From Piromyces finnis finn (Eukaryota; Fungi; Neocallimastigomycota), in NCBI GenBank assembly GCA_002104945.1, contig MCFH01000200.1, positions 1-17,997 on the forward strand: a stretch of 17,997 nucleotides of DNA, given 5' to 3'. Under the pieces are notes generated by a model, which was given only the letters and a program-made list of their open reading frames with translations, ran no database searches and was not told where the DNA came from. Made by a program: the position numbers and the translations under genes. Shown in pieces: positions 11,401 through 17,997 of the stretch. Position 1 is the stretch's first letter. Every line of letters begins with the position of its first letter.

Positions 11401-11865
11401 CATAAAACATTAAGAAAGAAAGGTTATTTGTTTTAGCACCTTCTTCTCCTGCTTTAGGGTAAACATTATTAACTAATAATGCATGATTATAACAACTTTG
11501 AAAACACATGGAAGGATCTATAATGTCATAAAATGAAAAAAAATCACCACGACTACTTTTTTGTACTTTTTTAGTTTTCTAAATTTATCACTACTAGTAG
11601 TAATATTAGAAGAAGTAATAGAAGTATTATCAGGAATATCAACTATAGAATCAGTTTCAGCCTCAACTTTGGTTCTTTCTGGAATAATTACCGGTTCAGT
11701 TGGTTCGGTATCACCTCTTTTAAGTTCAAATTCACTTAATTTACTTTTATAAACACTATAATTAATTTTTTCTTGGTTATTTATCCTGACGTTTGAATTA
11801 TAAGAATCTTCCTTATAAATTTCTAAATTATTAATATCAAATTGGCTACGAGCATAGGAAGACAT
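7280..11865 (-). CDS. EFR3: EFR3 homolog (plasma-membrane anchor of the PI4KIIIalpha/Stt4 complex), ~13 exons, with apparent 1-bp indels
   Basis: The N-terminal block YNHALLVNNVYPK..NNLSFLMFYAKSRPQKLIKVGNYLEKKAKRD..LVKVTLTILDSL matches the EFR3 family signature as I recall it. Internal IGTLARNIYYPEQTNDMLSFLINRL (~9790-9850) and C-terminal INVDELKNAL (~7950-7980) also fit. Well-defined exons: 11865-11316, 11080-10939, 10175-9494, ~8683-8592, 8340-~8095, ~7650-7280. Exons between ~8770 and ~9425 are only approximately placed. The start is either 11865 (after a 1-base correction) or 11509. Confidence 0.85.
8341..8591 (-). repeat. (AAT)n microsatellite forming almost an entire EFR3 intron
   Basis: Minus strand: donor AA|GTAATT at 8591 and acceptor AAATAG|G at 8341. 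Splicing gives in-frame ..KDKTFK|DLGIKEDVVLTPVEE..; the interior is ~80 imperfect AAT units. Confidence 0.85.
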
Positions 11866-13989
11866 TTGATAATATTATTAAATTATGTTTAAATATAGAG
11901 TATAAAAATTGAAGTATGTATCCGTAAATAAAATATATATTATAAAATTGATAATTTTATTGAATTTAATGTTAAATAAAACAATTAAAATGACATATAA
12001 ATTTATTATATGTCAATAGTGTATTAAAAATATATATTATTTAGTTTTATAATAAAAGTTTAATAATTAAATTGAAGGATGATATAGAATGAATTTGAAA
12101 TTGAAATGATGGATATGTTCGAGTTTTTAGTATTTATATAATAAATAATTTAATAGTTTGATAATTTGTTGTTATCATAAAGAGTTTAGAATTGGTATGT
12201 TTAATTTAATTATTGTTATTGAATATTTAATTTTATTTATTTATTTTTTCGTTGATAATTTAAAAGTGATGATATTTAATATAGAGTTTCATACAAAGAT
12301 TGAAGAAGAAGGTGTGTTGTTAACGAAGAAGATTATATAAAAAAAATAGATTGATGATTATTTAAAAGAATAAAAAAAAGATATTATTTATATAGAATAT
12401 TTAGAATATTTATAATAATAATAAAAAGTTAGATTTTTTAATATTTAATATTAAATCATTAGGTTTACAAAGGATATTTAATTTTTAATTAATATTTAAT
12501 TAAAATGATAATATTATATTGTTTTAATATTTATTTTATTTAAAATTTGTTGGTTACATAAAAAATTTCATCTATTGAAAATAATAAACTTTTAAATATC
12601 ATTATAATAATAAAAGTAACATTAAAAGGTTTTAAATTGAAGTGTTGTTCAGAAAAAAAAAAAAAAAAACATTTTTAACCTAATTATTGTTTTTAGTTTT
12701 TAGTTTTTAGTTTTTCTTTTTCATGATGTTGTTTTATTTTTTTTTTTCTACATTACAATTTGAAATTTTTAATTAAATGTTTTATTTATAATTTATTTTT
12801 ATATTATTTTATTTTGGGTATCATGTCATAAAATCAAAGTAATATTCTTTTTACTTTATTAACAAAAAATTTATTCCTTTAAAAAAAAAAAAAGGAAAGG
12901 AATATTAATTTTTATTTACTTTAAATAACCATCATTTATGGTTGTTTTATTTATTGGTGCTTTTAAAATGGTTTCTATTTATAAATTATTAAAAAATAAG
13001 CATCATTATCATCTTTCATTGATATTAAAAATGTTGGGTGGATTTACAAATATTTTTTTTTTTTTGGTTTATTAAAAATAAAATAATGAATTTTTTATCC
13101 CCTATTTTTTAATTTATTATTATTATAGTTTTATTTTATTAATATATTTTTAATTTATTAAATAAATAAATTTATTTTTGAAAATATAAAATTTTATAAT
13201 TTTTATTGATGCGGTATATTAATTAATATATTCTAATTATATTTCAAATAAACTTTAAATTTTATATATTTTTATCACTAAAAATTTAATTATTATAAAA
13301 ATACTTTATTATTCATCTTTTATTATTATACCAGAAATTATTGGTACTATAATTTTTATTATAGGCATTATTTTGTGGTTGTAATTTAAATCATTTACAA
13401 ATAATCAGGTACTATTATTATATCAACTTCATAATACTTTTTTCTTTTGTGGGTAAAATAATGGTTAAAGTTTTTAGTTATACTTTATATATTGGTGATG
13501 TACATGACATTTTTTTCTAAAAAAAAAAAAAGACATCTTTGATGATTCTATTTAGATAAAGAAAAAAGAATAATATATATTTTGTATTTCTTATAAAATG
13601 GTACATTTAATGTGTTTAATTTTTTTTTCTTCTGTTTTTTACTTAAAAATTTAGAATTGATCTCAATTATAGGATATTTTTTTTTTAAAGATGGATATCT
13701 TTACTATTTTTACTTTTACTTATCAATAATTGTAAAATAAATAAACGTGATTATTAAACAATTTTTAAGAAAAAGAATCAAAGATTTATTTTATTATCAA
13801 ATTTGGGTTAATTTCATATTTCTTTTAATGTATATATATATATATATATATCAATATTCATCATAAATATATAATAAAATTTATAAAATTTTCTTATTCA
13901 TTATTTATATCATAATAAATATTACAATGATTCATTGTTGCGTTATTATATAAATAAATATTAGTTTGCATTATCATTATTTATATTTA

Positions 13990-13993
<4 letters not shown>

Positions 13994-14021
<28 letters not shown>
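13994..14021. repeat. (TA)n microsatellite
   Basis: Uninterrupted TA run; a shorter one lies at ~13832-13850. Confidence 0.8.
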
Positions 14022-14026
<5 letters not shown>

Positions 14027-15912
14027 CTCTTGTTTTTTATTATTTTGTTATTGTTATTAGGTTTGTTATCAACTATCATTTATGTTTATTTTCATGTATA
14101 TGTATATTTTAATGTTTATTAACTATTATGTTTATGTTTTTTTATTATTAATTTTACCTTTTAATCTTTTCCTATTAATAAATATATATCATGTAATAAT
14201 ATTCAAAAAGTAAATAATATTTAATATTAATGTACTATTTTCTTTTTTCTTTTTCTTGATCTTTGATTTATTTATTAATGGAAATATAAATAAATTACGA
14301 AAAAAAAAAAAAATAAAAATAAATATTAACCCTTCTTTGATTAACTCTTTTCTTTAAAAAAAAATAAATTATTAAGAATAATAAGAATTGAAGGTTTTAC
14401 TAAAATTATTATAAAATAATGTTCATTATAAAGTTTAATTGATGATAAAAAAGATTCTATACTTTTAACTTATAAAGAAATATATATAAGATTTAAATAT
14501 ATAATAGGATTTAAATTTTATACTTTATTTTATTATTATCATTATCATTATATATATATCTTTTTCTCTCCTTTTTAACTTTATATATATATAAATATAT
14601 ATATATATATTTCTTCATGAAACTACATTTTAATTTTACTCGCATTTTACTAATTCATTACTTTTAATAAATTGTTATAATACCTCTATTATAAAATAAA
14701 GTTTATATAGTTTTTAATTGTAGATATAAAAAATGATGTATTTATAAAATACAAATTATAATATTAAAATAAAATAAATGTTATATATAAACATATATTT
14801 CTTAGGTATATACAATGATAAAAAAATAATAAACCATTTAGTACTTCTTTATATTTAAATAATTAAAATTCTTTTTAATTTTAAAATCTTTTATTCAAAA
14901 TGTTTGTTGTTTAACTGTTGAGTTTTTATAAAAGATTTTTCTTAATGGTTTGAATCTATGTCAAATTATTGCATGAATAAAATGTAAATTCTTTTCAAAT
15001 TTATTATTTTTAAATTATATTCAGTTTTACCAATGCAATATACAATTAATATTTTAATTTTTTTTTTTTTCTCCCTTCGCTTAAAAAATCTTTAAAGTGG
15101 ATGCATCCTTGCTCTATCTATTCTGGATTACCTACTAATATATCAATAATATCAATATCATCAATGCTTTTAAAAATACATATATACATATACACTTTTT
15201 TTTTTTGAAATTATTGTCAAATACAAGAAAAAAACATGATCCATGAATTTTTTGATTTTTTGAGGAAAAAAAAAAAAAAAAGAGAAATATAGTAATATTA
15301 GATCCAGAATCTAATATATTTTTATTTTTTGAAATAATAATATAATAATAATAATATATATATATCCCAATAACTAATAAAAGATAAGTATTATAATAAG
15401 AAATTCTGAAGTGACTTAAAAGTGTCTAATTTAGTTTAATGAACTAATAAAAATTCTTTTCCTTCCTTCTCCTATTATTATTAAAATTTCTTTTCTTCCT
15501 TTCTAAAAGAAAAAATTAATATATTTTTTACTGTCAACTAAAATAGTTATACATTTCAATGTTCATCAGACTAGAAAACCATTATTATTATGTTTATTAT
15601 AATTGAATTTTTTTTTTTTTTTTATTTTTATTTTAGTGTAAATTTTATTTCTAAACTAATTGGAAATATGGTCTATCTTTTTTTTTTTTTTTTTTTTTTA
15701 GCAATGCCATATGTTCTTGGTTGTTGTTTAATTTTTTTTTTTTTTGTGCCTTTTTAATCCTTAGTGATCAATACCATAAAATTTTCAATTTTTTTTTTTT
15801 AAACTAGGAAGAGAATACACTACTTCTTATATTTATTTATTTGAGATATTACATAATATTAGGTGATAATACCTATCAATATAAATATATATATATTATA
15901 AAAATATAAAGT

Positions 15913-16309
15913 TGCCTAAAAGTTCAATGAACTCTACAATTTGTACTGTGTGTAGAATTGGTCCCTACCTAATAAGTTAAATGAAATAAAAAAGAAAAGT
16001 AACATTCCATGTAGATAGAATAGTGTAATGCCCACTAAACTCTCCCTCCCATGAGCTCATAATGTTTTCATTCAAAGAAATACCAACATTGAACCTTGTG
16101 TACGGAACATTAGGAATGTTCCTTTGCCATATCGGTACGACGTCGGCGCTCTCGATAACGTTAGGTGTCTACTAAACCTATCAAAAAGTAGCCTCATAGA
16201 GCTACTAATGATAGGGATTGTTTTAGTAAGAAAGCCGCGAGACCCCGACCTATGGAACATGAGACCCCGATGAACTGTAAGTTGTTCATTCAAATGTCAT
16301 TGTTCCGCC
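15913..16309 (-). mobile_element. 5'-truncated 3'-terminal fragment of a second, diverged LINE (ORF C-terminus plus 3' UTR)
   Basis: GC-richer island. ORF segment LTKTIPIISSSMRLLFDRFSRH (16230-16165) aligns without gaps to LTKIMPFAIGQQWSMFKRFEAH (16717-16652) of the adjacent LINE, 8/22 identical. Upstream GG..E(W>stop)..P remnants also match. Boundaries are approximate and no TSD was found. Confidence 0.65.
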
Positions 16310-16535
16310 TTTTTTTTTTTTTTTTAACGGCATCAAATATTTAAAACTTTATTATTAATTTAATTACAATTATAATACATGTAATTAAAAAATTAAAAAT
16401 AAAAATAAAAAATTAAAAAAAAAATAGGTTTAAATAAACACAAATGAATAAAAATTGGGTATAATGTATTCTAGTAATTTTAATTAAAGTAAGAAAGCCA
16501 CTATCATACTAAAGTATAATAATTGTATTTGATTT

Positions 16536-16597
16536 CCAATGGGACACCGAGCCAAAGATCAAAATTTTATCATGGACAAAATTATGATCTCCATTGG
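16536..16597 (-). other. Stem-loop at the LINE 3' end
   Basis: Nested helices CCAATGG/CCATTGG, AGATC/GATCT and AATTTTGTC-cat-GATAAAATT. The inner helix needs a G-U pair that forms only on the minus (LINE sense) strand. Confidence 0.65.
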
Positions 16598-16899
16598 TTG
16601 CGCTGGCCCTCCTGGCCTGTCTTACTGTTTCTTCAGCATTGACGCTCTTGGATGTGCTTCAAACCTTTTGAACATTGACCATTGCTGGCCAATAGCAAAA
16701 GGCATGATTTTGGTTAGAAGTTCCGCGGTTACCGTCAAGAATGGTGTTCCTTCATTAGTACCAGATTGAATCAGACACTTGCAAAGTTCTTTCCATTCCC
16801 TTGAATTGTAATTGATATTGTTAAAACTTCTTCCCCCAAGAAGGAATTTAAATATTTTACTGCACACACTAGAATAATCATACACTTTAATATTCACCG

Positions 16900-17130
16900 G
16901 ATTATTAGAATTATTACTATCATTAACTAAATTACTATCTAAATTAGAATTATTATCTTCACTATTGCTATCATTACTAGTATTATTATTTCTATAACTA
17001 CTATTGTTATTATTACTATTGTTATTATTACTATTTATTATTACTATTGTTACTATTACTATTACTGTTTTGCTATCTCTGCTGACATTATCAATTTCAT
17101 TATTATTGATAGGACTATTGGAATTACGTT
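16900..17130 (-). repeat. Asn/Ser-coding low-complexity tract inside the LINE ORF
   Basis: Repeated AATAGTAATAATAAC-like units on the minus strand between the CCHC knuckle and the C-terminal domain. Confidence 0.75.
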
Positions 17131-17997
17131 GACTGAAAAAATTTAATAGATGGACTATAGAAACATATATTTAATACGGATATCTCTAAATGTTGGACAA
17201 TCTAATAACCAATGTTTAATACTTTGATCTCCACACTTGCAACATGGACAGTAGTTAGGACAAACTGGATCAACAAATTTGGCAGCTTTGGCAACTCTAG
17301 CATCCAACTTGTATCCGCTTCTTGCTTTCAATAGCCAGTAGAAGCCATAGGCAAACTCTGGGTATTCATAACATAATTTAATAAATCTTTAGTTTCAATA
17401 AATTTATTATCATCATAATATTGCGCTTTGATTGAATTCCCTTTGAGATCTTTCCAATAAAAGTTTTTAACTGCTTTAACATCTCCATGTTTCTTTAATT
17501 TTTTATCAAGTGTCCTACTTGATTGCACCACGTGTATTTTCTAAATTTAGGAATGTAATTAACAAGGTGTGAGAAATACAATTGATTTTTTCCATTTGTT
17601 AAAACATCTAACCTGAGCTAACGCACATTTGGCTGACAATGGAGGAATATTCAAATCTTTTGAGATAGAGTATAAGATTAAACATACAGCTTTTATGAAC
17701 TCCGGCAACCCATCGTATTCCTTTGTTAACATGCTTCTGAGCAATCCTAGACCTAGCTTTGTTGGATCCAAGTAATGGTGCAAAGTATGAAACTCTGCTA
17801 ATCACTTGTGAGTTAAGTACTAGCTTTTTGAAGGGAATAGGAATATTAGGATTTCTTAAGAATTTACTGACTGAGAAAAAGCCCTTTCAAAACCTTGTTA
17901 TTAAGAGCTTTAATTACTGGTCTTAAAGGGACAGATTCTTATCAAATGGAACACCAAGATAAGTATAACAATCAGTAGTTGGAAGGGTTGTCCTGCT

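Larger units (their letters stand above)
16480..17997 (-). mobile_element. LINE / non-LTR retrotransposon, 3' part of the RT ORF (frameshifted), running off the right window edge
   Basis: C-terminal RT motif CYTYLGVPFD (YTYLG at 17967-17953), thumb/linker-like ..VISRVSYFAPLLG.., CX2CX8HX4C knuckle CPCCKCGDQSIKHWLLDC (17250-17197), Asn/Ser-rich linker, C-terminal FLLGG..LTK..FKRF domain, no introns, GC above background. The 3' boundary is approximate. Confidence 0.88.

Noticed and set aside
12158-12340. 60-aa + strand ORF
   Set aside because: TTG start, AT-rich composition and no motif; it lies in the probable EFR3 upstream/promoter region.
12900-13385. Short hydrophobic + strand peptides (MVSIYKLL..., IPEIIGTIIFIIGIILWL)
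   Set aside because: No coherent exon chain or family motif; hydrophobic translations are expected from T-rich DNA.
15911-16310. Island as SRP/7SL, 5S, RNase P/MRP, U5, twister, HDV or hammerhead RNA
   Set aside because: Short word matches exist (GTTGCCTAA and GCGAGACCCCG resemble 7SL; GGTCCC loop resembles twister). However, SRP helix 8, the P4 pseudoknot, the twister GAGGG partner and the CUGAUGA/GAAA core are absent, and the spacings are wrong. LINE protein similarity explains the island better.
15913-16332. Solo LTR with TGCC...GGCA ends
   Set aside because: Only a 4-bp inverted end, no target-site duplication, and the interior is LINE-like coding sequence.
16225-16499. Shared 12-mer AGTAAGAAAGCC (16225-16236 and 16488-16499) as a SINE/LINE shared tail
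   Set aside because: It lies in coding sequence in one element and in the 3' UTR of the other, and the match does not extend; probably chance.
16539-16769. + strand 76-aa ORF
   Set aside because: Antisense shadow of the LINE C-terminus.

Overview
Extremely AT-rich, intron-rich eukaryotic DNA with short GT(A)..(T)AG introns, most consistent with an anaerobic gut fungus (Neocallimastigomycota; inferred from base composition, intron style and gene content). From left to right: (1) a near-perfect ~490-bp foldback inverted repeat cut by the left window edge, plus a 14-bp hairpin; (2) an 11-exon minus-strand gene for a secreted, single-pass LRR receptor-like protein, with one plant-type LRR per ~72-nt exon and all introns in phase 2; (3) tRNA-Thr(UGU); (4) a ~13-exon minus-strand EFR3 homolog with a probable ~119-aa N-terminal extension and one intron made almost entirely of (AAT)n; (5) AT-rich intergenic DNA with possible decayed TE remnants; (6) two stacked, same-orientation LINE (non-LTR retrotransposon) 3' ends. 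One LINE runs off the right edge and carries the YxYLG motif and a CCHC knuckle; the other is a ~400-bp 5'-truncated diverged relative with extensive predicted RNA structure. Most frameshifts I traced are single missing bases, mostly in homopolymers, which points to an unpolished long-read assembly rather than true pseudogenes. I found no clearly novel multi-gene system. The best leads are the modular LRR receptor, the conserved post-CCHC LINE domain with its structured RNA, and the foldback element.
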